Positions 44,520 to 53,375 of a stretch of 55,909 nt of DNA are shown here, one piece after another. How positions within the stretch are numbered: position 1 is the first letter of the stretch; the number at the start of each line of letters is the position of its first letter. The DNA comes from a virus (Duplodnaviria; Caudoviricetes): positions 1 through 55,909 of IMG/VR virus record IMGVR_UViG_3300030380_000259, one strand, 5' to 3'. A model generated the notes under the pieces. The model had not been told where the DNA came from. It was given only the letters and a program-made list of their open reading frames with translations, and did no database searches. Position numbers and translations under genes: made by a program.

Positions 44520-46157
44520 TTAGCTTGCTGCTAAATCTCCAAATAACTGCCATGTATCTGATGCAATTTTAATACAACTTGCTTGACTGTGTTGTGTACG
44601 AAGTTTTAATGTTGGTGTCGAATTAACGGTAACACCAGAACCACCTGCCACTGTTACTTGCCCAGCCCCTATTTGAATAAATTCTAATTGTGTACCAACA
44701 GGATACGTTACACTAGAATTTGGCGGTATTGTAAGTGTAATTGCTGAACCATTATTTAAAGTTATTAACTTAGCATCATCGGTTAAAACTGGGGTATATG
44801 TTGTTCCTGTCTGTGTATTAATACTTTTAACTGCACTACCAAAAAATGAAGCAATCTGTACTTTATCATTAACAGCCGCACCAGATGCTAAAACTACAGA
44901 TGTACCATTAGTAGCTGTATAGTCATCTGTATCTACTAATAGCACCCCATTTAAATATACAAATATATTTCCTACTGTATAAGATAGTGTAGCTGAATTA
45001 GCATCACTACCACTAAAGGTTGTTTGATTAGCTGTAGCTGTGTATTCATATGTATTTATAGTAATAGGTGTTCCACTACCGCCACCGCTAACTGTAATAG
45101 TTTTTGTTGCACCTGTGCCTGACGCTGTTATATTACTACCTACAAAATTAAGTGTAGTAGCAGTAGTAGATAGTGAGCTACCTTCTTCTTGAACTGTTAC
45201 ACCGCCACCACCTGAACCTGTGCTTGCGGCAGTAAGTCTGCCTTGTGCATCTACAGTAATACTAGCATTAGTATAACTACCTGCACTAACAGAAGTATTA
45301 GCAAGTTTATCAGCATTAACAGCATCATCAGCTATCATACCAGTGGCAACTGTGCCTGTATCTCCTGTACCTATAAGTGTACCAGAAGTTGTAGGAAATG
45401 TCAAGAGTGCTTCTGAGTGATTTATTTTATTAGAACCAATAATAATAGCATGATTACCCATATAACCATGAGCAGAACATTGATAATATAATATGTTTGG
45501 AGTATCTTCAGTTACTGCTATTTGTAAATATGTGCTTGTTGTTGTAACACCTGTTGTATATGCTGTTGTTTTATCTGCATCTAAGTAAAGTCTAAATGGG
45601 TGACTTGACATATCGCTTGAACTAAGAGTAAATCTATAATGATACTCTGAATTAGATGTTACGTTATCAACACCATATAATGTTAAAGCAGGTGATTCTA
45701 TTCCATTTATAGCATAACCTAGACTGCTTCCATCTCCGTAGTATGGATGTGCAGATGTTTTTGTTACTACAGCTACGCTAAATTCTACAGGATTAGAAGA
45801 ACTTCCATAACTGCTAGATAACAAAAATGCATCTACGTATTCACTTGCTTCTTTATATACTGCTTTTTCTGCAGGTTGTGTTACAAAAATATCTCGTGTG
45901 CCAGAAGTCCAGTTAACGGCACTATCAGAATTACTGGACTGTAAAATAGTTGTACGGGCGAGAGTAGTTCCTGAAGAGGTATATGTTCCTATACCTACCT
46001 CAAAATCACTCCCGTCCGTACAACAGTAATAAGTTGTATTTCCATTTCCTATGGATGCAAATGATTCAAAACCAGTAACCGCACCTGCAAGAGTATATGT
46101 ACCCGTACCAGTTGTAGTAGTGGTTTCTTTCACTCTGTCAGCGACTACTAAAGCCAT
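44520..46157 (-). CDS. Tail fibre / virion structural protein
   Basis: DRVKETTTTTGTG N-terminus; YYQCxxH cupredoxin-like module; TATANQTTF and VYLNG modules. Confidence 0.8.
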   Translation of the reverse strand: MALVVADRVKETTTTTGTGTYTLAGAVTGFESFASIGNGNTTYYCCTDGSDFEVGIGTYTSSGTTLARTTILQSSNSDSAVNWTSGTRDIFVTQPAEKAVYKEASEYVDAFLLSSSYGSSSNPVEFSVAVVTKTSAHPYYGDGSSLGYAINGIESPALTLYGVDNVTSNSEYHYRFTLSSSDMSSHPFRLYLDADKTTAYTTGVTTTSTYLQIAVTEDTPNILYYQCSAHGYMGNHAIIIGSNKINHSEALLTFPTTSGTLIGTGDTGTVATGMIADDAVNADKLANTSVSAGSYTNASITVDAQGRLTAASTGSGGGGVTVQEEGSSLSTTATTLNFVGSNITASGTGATKTITVSGGGSGTPITINTYEYTATANQTTFSGSDANSATLSYTVGNIFVYLNGVLLVDTDDYTATNGTSVVLASGAAVNDKVQIASFFGSAVKSINTQTGTTYTPVLTDDAKLITLNNGSAITLTIPPNSSVTYPVGTQLEFIQIGAGQVTVAGGSGVTVNSTPTLKLRTQHSQASCIKIASDTWQLFGDLAAS

Positions 46158-46183
46158 ATTACTAAGCCCCTGCTATTGCTATA

Positions 46184-46585
46184 TTAGGTTTCTGATATGG
46201 TTATATTTGTATCTGCAAATCTTAATGTATCATTTGCCGCTATAGTTTTTGAAGCAGTAAGCTGACCATAGTATATTAAGTTACCTGCTCCATGAGTGCC
46301 ACTATCCCATATACCAAAATGTGTTACTGTTCCAAAACCACCACTACTGTTAGCAGTAAATTCTACTGCACCATTACTAGTGGCAGAACCACTTGATGCG
46401 GCATTAAAATTTATAGCTTGCCTAGAATAGTTGTTAGAGTTTGCTACCTCTGCTCCACTACCTGCATCTGTAGGGTCAGCAGTATGCAAAGCAAGATACT
46501 TCTGTGTTACAAAACTAGATTCAGTAGTTCCTAAGAAATGGTCTAATACTTTATTTTCTAAGTAATTAGATTTTGCGTCTGACAT
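46184..46585 (-). CDS. Small virion structural protein (SNYLENKVLDH family)
   Basis: YLALHTADP, YSRQ and THFGIWD motifs. Confidence 0.75.
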   Translation of the reverse strand: MSDAKSNYLENKVLDHFLGTTESSFVTQKYLALHTADPTDAGSGAEVANSNNYSRQAINFNAASSGSATSNGAVEFTANSSGGFGTVTHFGIWDSGTHGAGNLIYYGQLTASKTIAANDTLRFADTNITISET

Positions 46586-46604
46586 TCTTTTCTCCTATGT
46601 CGTT

Positions 46605-46631
46605 AAGAAAGGGGCAAGTTGCCCTGCCCCC
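46605..46631 (-). terminator. Terminator after the capsid genes
   Basis: GGGGCAGG-GCAA-CTTGCCCC followed by TTTCTT. Confidence 0.8.
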
Positions 46632-46639
46632 TAGTTAAG

Positions 46640-47134
46640 TTAAGCAAGAGTGTCTCTATCAACCTCTTGAGCAGTCATATCACTACCTTGGTCAGTACAA
46701 TCCATCAAAACTGCCCAGACTCTGATTTTACCAGTAGTCAAAGCTGTGCTTGATTGTGTGGCTAGAGTGACATCGATGTTGTCATTCGCTACACACATAA
46801 TGGGTTGATAAGCGGCAGGGTTCTGTGAAACAGTACCTGCGGCTGTACCAGATGCGTTGTTGTAACCATCTACAAAACAGTCAGGGTCAACGCCTGTACC
46901 TACATCGATTGTGGATGTTCCTGCTGAAGTAGCAGTAACAGTCTCAACACCTACGTTCAAAATCATTGTGCCTTTTTTGACAGCAATAACTGGAATTACA
47001 TCTCCTGCGGCAAGAGCAGTTTCCTTGTCTGATAATGCAGTAGCAAAATCTAATTCCGTTTGAACAAAGTAAGGATTGCGACCACGTTGCGAATTGCCAC
47101 GTGCTGCTTGGAGAGTATTATCGCCTAATGCCAT
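46640..47134 (-). CDS. Capsid decoration / minor capsid protein
   Basis: Immediately downstream of MCP and before the terminator; beta-rich. Confidence 0.6.
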   Translation of the reverse strand: MALGDNTLQAARGNSQRGRNPYFVQTELDFATALSDKETALAAGDVIPVIAVKKGTMILNVGVETVTATSAGTSTIDVGTGVDPDCFVDGYNNASGTAAGTVSQNPAAYQPIMCVANDNIDVTLATQSSTALTTGKIRVWAVLMDCTDQGSDMTAQEVDRDTLA

Positions 47135-47147
47135 TTTTCAATCCTCC

Positions 47148-48245
47148 TTACGCTAAGTTGTATGCGGCAGTTACGATTGCTTCAGGACGAAGTATCTTTC
47201 TACCGTATAGGTGCATACCACGAACAATGTCAGCAAAGCTGTCAGGGTCACGGTAGGTTTCAGTCTTATTAATCTGCTCTGCAGTAGCAATAGCAGAAGT
47301 ATGACCAGCCACGATTATGCCCATGTTACTAGCATTAGAACCACCTGTTGTCGAAGGACCTGTGCCTAGTGACGGTAGGTTGTTAGACTGATAGATTTGG
47401 AAACCGTGAAGGTTATTTAAAACAAGACCATTCTGAAGTCCAGAACCACCGAAGTCTGAATTTAGAAGACGTGAATCTTCGTCTTTCAAGATTTCAATAA
47501 ATACTGGGTCAAGAACAAGCCAACGTCCTTGAGTGTCCACGTTTTGTTGGTCAAGTAAACGTGCCATACGCGCAATAACTTGCAATGGAAACGCATTACC
47601 TGTTGTACCACTCTTAGCCGCAGTTGCTCCACCAGCACGAGGCTCAAGACCAATTGACTGATTTGCAGTACCTGCAGTGCCATCGGTTTGTGTGAAGTCA
47701 GATGCGTCCAAAGACATGGAAGCTAAAAGTTCTGCACCAACTAAGTTTGCACCGCTAGATGCAGACGTGACAGCCTTTGAACCATTAACGCTTGTGTTAA
47801 CAGCATTAGGTGTACCGTGAATTGCAGACTGTTTAAAACCTGACAAGTAACCAAGAACCTCTTGGTCAAACTGGTCAGCCAAACGATATGCCGCACGGTC
47901 TGATGCTAGTTGTTGGAAGTTCACATGTGAATGTGCTTCTTCGATATCATCAACCTTAAATGCAAAGTAGTTAGCTTTGTCGATGGTTAATGAAAAGTCT
48001 TCATCGTCAAGGTCTTGTGGTGTTATTGTTGTACCACGAGCGTATTCCTTAACGGAGATTTCGGGTTCTTTGATAATCTTAACAGAATCACCCATTTGTG
48101 CAATCTCTCCAAAGTAATCGGAGTTAGTGATTGCTTCAGCAACGGCAGACTTGCGGAAGGCAAGTTGTACCTGTTTGCTGTAAATAATAGGGCTAAAATT
48201 GCCGTTAGGAAGATTACCATAACCACTAGCAGTAGTAAATGCCAT
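47148..48245 (-). CDS. Major capsid protein
   Basis: FSPIIYSK, GEI...GDSVKI, IDKANYFAFKVDDIE and DIVRGMHLYGRKILRPE. Confidence 0.93.
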   Translation of the reverse strand: MAFTTASGYGNLPNGNFSPIIYSKQVQLAFRKSAVAEAITNSDYFGEIAQMGDSVKIIKEPEISVKEYARGTTITPQDLDDEDFSLTIDKANYFAFKVDDIEEAHSHVNFQQLASDRAAYRLADQFDQEVLGYLSGFKQSAIHGTPNAVNTSVNGSKAVTSASSGANLVGAELLASMSLDASDFTQTDGTAGTANQSIGLEPRAGGATAAKSGTTGNAFPLQVIARMARLLDQQNVDTQGRWLVLDPVFIEILKDEDSRLLNSDFGGSGLQNGLVLNNLHGFQIYQSNNLPSLGTGPSTTGGSNASNMGIIVAGHTSAIATAEQINKTETYRDPDSFADIVRGMHLYGRKILRPEAIVTAAYNLA

Positions 48246-48421
48246 GATTATTCTCCTATGTTATAGCATTGTTACAGATACAAACTCACAAAATTTAGAG
48301 GCTGATTAGGTTAGGTGTGACTGTACGGGTCAGGCTAACTGCTTCAGGTAATCCGAAGATTTGTTCGTTTGCTGATTAATTGTGCAAGTAGTTAGCTAGA
48401 CAACTTACACTGTTGACTATA

Positions 48422-48449
48422 GTTATATTCATAAATATCTATTTGTCAA
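48422..48449 (-). promoter_or_regulatory. MCP promoter TTGACA-N16-TATAAC with a ~170-nt structured leader
   Basis: Hexamers lie directly after the scaffold stop. Confidence 0.7.
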
Positions 48450-48453
48450 CTGA

Positions 48454-49323
48454 TTATCTGGCAGAACCAGATATATCATATATGAATTTGCCAGAACGGA
48501 TTGCTTCCATTATTTCATCTGACTTCTTTTCATATTCTTGTGCCGACATTCTTTGAACCTCGGATTCTTTTAAATAAGAACTAGCCTCATTCTCTTGGGG
48601 CTTTGTCCTTGTATTTTTCGTATTAACCGCTTCAGCAACACTTTTATCATTTTTGCTCTTTTTTTCTTTGCCAATATTTCTATCTGATTTGTATAAATCA
48701 ATAGCTCGTGCCGCTGACCTTGCATCATTATCATTCTCGTATAGTGCCTCCTGAACCCATTTAGGTTGTTCGTCTGCCCATTCGTGAAAATCATCACTAT
48801 CTCTAATCTCACCAAAGTCAGGATGTAGTCTCATTAATTCAACCTCTGCTTTTTCTTTTGTAGCAGAAAGTTGCATTTCATTAATTACTTTAACTTGGTC
48901 TTCTAGCTGTTGAGATTGTTCTCTAGCTTTTTTTAGAGCAATAGTTTCTATGATTGCGGCAACATCTGGATAATCTGCCGCCCACTTTTCTATATCATCA
49001 TCTGACTTAGGCAGTTTTATTTCTTTTCTTGTAGCTTCAGATAGCTGTGCTTTTAACTTATCTATCTCTACTTTAAATTCTTCTGCTTGTTTTTGCTGAT
49101 GTCTACGTAAGTCAGAATATCTTTTCTTAAAAGTTTTTTCTTCTGCACTAGCAGGTTCAGGCTCTTCAGGTTTAGTTTCTTCTACTTCACCCTTTTGTTC
49201 TTTAATTAATTGTTCTAATTCTTCCTCATCCTTTTTTATTTTTTCTTCTCTTGAATAAGGTTTAGTTACAAATGCTTTCTTTTCTTGTGGCTTCATTTCT
49301 TCTGCCATGATTGTGTCTGACAT
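48454..49323 (-). CDS. Capsid scaffolding protein
   Basis: Acidic coiled coil, KKRYSDL and HPDF motifs; directly upstream of MCP. Confidence 0.8.
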   Translation of the reverse strand: MSDTIMAEEMKPQEKKAFVTKPYSREEKIKKDEEELEQLIKEQKGEVEETKPEEPEPASAEEKTFKKRYSDLRRHQQKQAEEFKVEIDKLKAQLSEATRKEIKLPKSDDDIEKWAADYPDVAAIIETIALKKAREQSQQLEDQVKVINEMQLSATKEKAEVELMRLHPDFGEIRDSDDFHEWADEQPKWVQEALYENDNDARSAARAIDLYKSDRNIGKEKKSKNDKSVAEAVNTKNTRTKPQENEASSYLKESEVQRMSAQEYEKKSDEIMEAIRSGKFIYDISGSAR

Positions 49324-49338
49324 ATTATGTCTCCTATG

Positions 49339-49384
49339 CTGGGGCTAACCGTAGCCACTGTCGGGTGGGGAGTTAGGTAGCCAG
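49339..49384 (-). promoter_or_regulatory. Structured leader abutting the scaffold RBS
   Basis: Three-helix hairpin with two CC/CUAC internal loops. Confidence 0.55.
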
Positions 49385-49394
49385 TTAATGTGGA

Positions 49395-51098
49395 TTAATT
49401 TTTAGAGGCTAATCCACCTGACCTCATCTGTTTAGGTTTAGCTTTTTGTTTAGAAAGCAAACCACCTTTTGCAATACCTGCACCATAAGCACCTGTTGGG
49501 TCTACTTTAGTTTTTGCTCGTTCTCTTGCTCTTTCTTGTGCGGCTTTTAATCTTTCTCGTTGTCGCTCTCTTGCATCTGCTCTTTTTTCTTGTTCTCTTT
49601 TTCTCTGCTCTGCAGTTAATTTGTTAGAGATAGGTTTTTTATTTACATTTTTCATTTCTTTTAAAACATCACTTTGTATAGATGACGCAAATGCTTTTTC
49701 TGCTGTATCCTTTTCCCTTGCTCTTTGTTCAGGTGTAATCTTAGAAAATCTTTCTACACCCTCTCGTTGCATTGTTGCTAATAAAAATCTTCTATTAACA
49801 CCGCCTTCTTTAGAAGTATCTAACGGTGGTTTATCTTTAGGATTAACAGCAAACTTTATACCATCTGTACCAAAAAACTCTTGTTGTCCTGTCTCTGGAT
49901 TTAACAATTCACCATTATCACCAACAAGATAACCACCTGTTGTAACTGTTCCCGGCTCTAAGTTGCCTGTTATATCACTAAAAGGTTTAGCACTACGACC
50001 TGTTAGATAATCTTCTCCAAACATTTCAGCTATTATATCTTTTCTATTCTTAGCTTCTTCAAATTGTTTTCTTTGTTCTTCATCTTTTCTACGTTCACTT
50101 GTAGTATCTTGTCTTACTTGTGCTTGACCAACAGTAGGTACAACAGATACTTTATCTTTATCAGGTGCAGTATATTCACTTGCTAACACAAAACCTTCTG
50201 GTAATTGAGTTACACCCGGAATATAATTTATTGTTCTACGCTCACCTGTTTCTGGATTAATTATTTCTTCTAAACGTGGAGCTTGAGGTGCAGTCATAAC
50301 TTGTTCAAAACTTAAATTAGAATAGTCAGGTTGTGTTGGAGTAGTTGTTTGTTGCGGTCTAACATACTCAACAGGTGATGCTATAGGTTGTGGTACTGTA
50401 GCAGGTTGTGGTGTTGTAACTGCAGATGGTACAAAACTTTGTTGTGGTGGTACATAACCACCTACATTATACTCCATATCATCTTCTATGTCAAGGTCTG
50501 ATAATTCAAAAGGTATATCATCTGGTATAACAGCTTCATCACCATTACCCATTTGACCCATCTTATCCATCATAGACAAACCTGTTTTAGCTTCTTGTCT
50601 CATCTGCATAAGTTTTTCAAGACCAATGTATCGCACTACATCAGCAGGAAATACAAACTCACCTTCACTTAACTGTGCTGGTATATCATCACGAACTTCT
50701 TCTTGTGTAGAACCTACTGGCACATCATTACCTGATACAGGGTCTGTTGTGCCACCTTCTTCCATTAAACCACCATCGTCAAATAGTTCCATTTGTTTTT
50801 TCATGGGTACTCCACCTTCTGCCATTAACGTAGAACTTCTTTTTTCTGCCTCTTGAACCGCTTCTTCTAATGTATCATGTCTGCTCGTAGGTTTAACTTT
50901 ACCATCAAGTAACATCTGACGAATTTCATCTTCAGTATATTTTATACCATTATGTATTGAAGGAGCATTTACATAAGCATTTTCTCCAAATTTAATAGTA
51001 ACAGATTTTTCAGAAACCATTTCACCTTTAGGAGTTTTATATATAGTTTTTCCTGCATTAGATTTTTTATTAGTTTTCTGACCTACTTTTTCAGCCAT
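49395..51098 (-). CDS. Virion-associated protein with DDIPAQLSEGEFV domain and multiple xxGG motifs
   Basis: Lies between portal and scaffold. Confidence 0.75.
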   Translation of the reverse strand: MAEKVGQKTNKKSNAGKTIYKTPKGEMVSEKSVTIKFGENAYVNAPSIHNGIKYTEDEIRQMLLDGKVKPTSRHDTLEEAVQEAEKRSSTLMAEGGVPMKKQMELFDDGGLMEEGGTTDPVSGNDVPVGSTQEEVRDDIPAQLSEGEFVFPADVVRYIGLEKLMQMRQEAKTGLSMMDKMGQMGNGDEAVIPDDIPFELSDLDIEDDMEYNVGGYVPPQQSFVPSAVTTPQPATVPQPIASPVEYVRPQQTTTPTQPDYSNLSFEQVMTAPQAPRLEEIINPETGERRTINYIPGVTQLPEGFVLASEYTAPDKDKVSVVPTVGQAQVRQDTTSERRKDEEQRKQFEEAKNRKDIIAEMFGEDYLTGRSAKPFSDITGNLEPGTVTTGGYLVGDNGELLNPETGQQEFFGTDGIKFAVNPKDKPPLDTSKEGGVNRRFLLATMQREGVERFSKITPEQRAREKDTAEKAFASSIQSDVLKEMKNVNKKPISNKLTAEQRKREQEKRADARERQRERLKAAQERARERAKTKVDPTGAYGAGIAKGGLLSKQKAKPKQMRSGGLASKN

Positions 51099-51300
51099 TT
51101 ACTTCATCCCTAAGATATTTAAGTTTTCTTAATGCTGATATTGCGCCTTGTTGTCTGTGTACTAAAACTGTGTCAGAAGTTTGTTCTAGTACATTTTGAT
51201 GTACTTCTATAGTAGCATCTATATAATTACTGAACGCTTCCCACTGGTTGTTGTTGTTGACCAACGGCTTGAGCTTGCTGAGTATTTGCCCCTTGTTCAT
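51091..51300 (-). CDS. Small conserved protein downstream of portal (RxQG motif)
   Basis: HRQQGAISALRKL; likely start at ATG 51300. Confidence 0.7.
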   Translation of the reverse strand: MNKGQILSKLKPLVNNNNQWEAFSNYIDATIEVHQNVLEQTSDTVLVHRQQGAISALRKLKYLRDEVNG

Positions 51301-53365
51301 TTCCTGTAAATCCTTGTTCTCCCGGCACTGGTGCTTGTCCAACACCTATGTTACCGCCACCTGCTCCACTGGTATCCATTGCATCTGCTCCTGCAGGTGC
51401 GCCCTCTGGTTCTTGTGGTTGTTCTTGTTGAAAGCCTTTCATCAACTCTGCTTGAATAGCGGCTTCATTCATATTGTTGGTAACTTTGTCGGGGTCTAAC
51501 TCCATAGACTTTGCAATCTCACGAATAATATATTGGAACTTCGCAAATGGTGCAAGTGCTGGATTACTTGCTACCTGTAGGAATTGCATAAGTCTTTGAC
51601 TACGTACTTCATTAGCCATGAGACTTTCTGTACCTCTAGCTCGTACTTCTAAGTCTCCTTTAATATCTGGGTCAAAATCAAACTGCATGTTAAATCTAAA
51701 CAACCCTTCTCCTAACGGTCGTAATAGATAATCATCTACATTCTTAATAACAGTCTTAGTGCTTCCTTGAGCCGCACCCATTAGCATAGAAATACCAGAA
51801 GCAGTTCTACCTACTCCTGATACACCTGTTTGCCCATGAGCAAATGATGGGAAGCCTGTGCTTTCATCTGCAAGTACACGTGCTTTATCAAATAGCATCA
51901 TGTTCTCACTAGACACATTCGGGAACTTTGTACCAAATATCGCTTGTCCCGGTGCGCCACCTTGTCTGCGGAACACCTTTCCCGGATATAAGGATAAGTC
52001 TTGACCCGGCACTAGGTTTGTTTCATCTACCTCTACAATTAAATTACCAGATAATACAGCATTATCAACAGCCATACGCATAAAGCCATTCATCAAAGTC
52101 TGTGTATCATCCATGTTTTCAGCAATACCTACACCAAAGAATGAGTATGGGTTTAACTCATAGGGTGCAGAATGATAAGGTATCTTTGCAGGTTTAAATG
52201 GATTAAGAACCATTCGTATGAGTTTACCATTACATACCCATACGTTTGCCTGTAATTCATCAAAAGTTTTTAGTTCATCTGGAATATTAATCTCTGCTTC
52301 TTCGAGCATTTCTGTATCTACCATACCCCAGTATTCTAATACATCAAAGCGTTCTACTCCGTGTTCTGGTGCATAATCAGATAAGTCATCTTCCCAATAT
52401 TCTTTAGTATAGTTTTCTCCTAGCTGTATGACTTCATCTATAACTGTGTCTCTGAACATCGGTCTTTTCTTGAGATTCCGAAGTTGCGACCTTGACATCT
52501 TATGTCGTTCAATGACATACTGTGCTTCATCCATATTATTGGCATCAGGGTCAGGGTAAAAATTCCAGACAGAAACGTGTGAAACTTGGGGCATTGTTTT
52601 AAACTGTGGGTCATATTCACCATCCTCATCCCAATTAGGATATTCTTTATCTACAGCAAAAGGTCCTTTCATTACACCTGTTCCAAATAAAGCCATCTCA
52701 AATGCTGTGCTACGAAGATGTTTACTAGCACTTGATTCTTCTAGCTGGTCGTGTATTTTCTTCTGCATCTTCTTTGCGGCTATCATGGCTGGGCTAAAGG
52801 TAACAGAGGTAGGTGTAGCACCTGCTCCTTCTTTAAGCCCCTCTATACCCTCTAATTTCTCCGTTAAAGGACCTAACATTTCTTGAAGAGACTTTTCTGT
52901 AGCACCTGCAGGTAAATCCTTACCATCTCCTGAAAAACCATATGGACTACTTAGGGAAGTATCACCACGCAACTGTTCTGGTTCTTTGGGGTCAAAGTGT
53001 ACGTCTGCGACAACTCCTTCTGGTAACTCAGTAGGTTCAACAGAAACAGGAAACTTATTATTAGCAAACAGTACATCAACAATTTGCCCATATGCCGCAA
53101 GAGTTTTTGTTTTTGTAACTTTAATAAAAACACGTGACTTCTCCGATTCAGTAAACTGAACATCTGGTCCGTATAGTCCTCTATAGTTTCTATAGGCTTT
53201 TAACCAGCGTTGTTCATCTTGATAACGATAGTCTTCTGCTCTTTTAAATCTTTCGTGAATAAATGGTATTATGGAAGATACATCAGCATCTTCAGTTGTG
53301 CTATCCTCTACATCTTCTAAAGATATAGAATCTGCTTCAATCATTACATTTTCATCTTCAGCCAT
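51227..53365 (-). CDS. Portal protein
   Basis: 712 aa after TerL; FGTGVMK, FYPDP, FFGVGI and RTASGISML motifs. Confidence 0.92.
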   Translation of the reverse strand: MAEDENVMIEADSISLEDVEDSTTEDADVSSIIPFIHERFKRAEDYRYQDEQRWLKAYRNYRGLYGPDVQFTESEKSRVFIKVTKTKTLAAYGQIVDVLFANNKFPVSVEPTELPEGVVADVHFDPKEPEQLRGDTSLSSPYGFSGDGKDLPAGATEKSLQEMLGPLTEKLEGIEGLKEGAGATPTSVTFSPAMIAAKKMQKKIHDQLEESSASKHLRSTAFEMALFGTGVMKGPFAVDKEYPNWDEDGEYDPQFKTMPQVSHVSVWNFYPDPDANNMDEAQYVIERHKMSRSQLRNLKKRPMFRDTVIDEVIQLGENYTKEYWEDDLSDYAPEHGVERFDVLEYWGMVDTEMLEEAEINIPDELKTFDELQANVWVCNGKLIRMVLNPFKPAKIPYHSAPYELNPYSFFGVGIAENMDDTQTLMNGFMRMAVDNAVLSGNLIVEVDETNLVPGQDLSLYPGKVFRRQGGAPGQAIFGTKFPNVSSENMMLFDKARVLADESTGFPSFAHGQTGVSGVGRTASGISMLMGAAQGSTKTVIKNVDDYLLRPLGEGLFRFNMQFDFDPDIKGDLEVRARGTESLMANEVRSQRLMQFLQVASNPALAPFAKFQYIIREIAKSMELDPDKVTNNMNEAAIQAELMKGFQQEQPQEPEGAPAGADAMDTSGAGGGNIGVGQAPVPGEQGFTGNEQGANTQQAQAVGQQQQPVGSVQ

Positions 53366-53375
53366 TTTTTAATCC

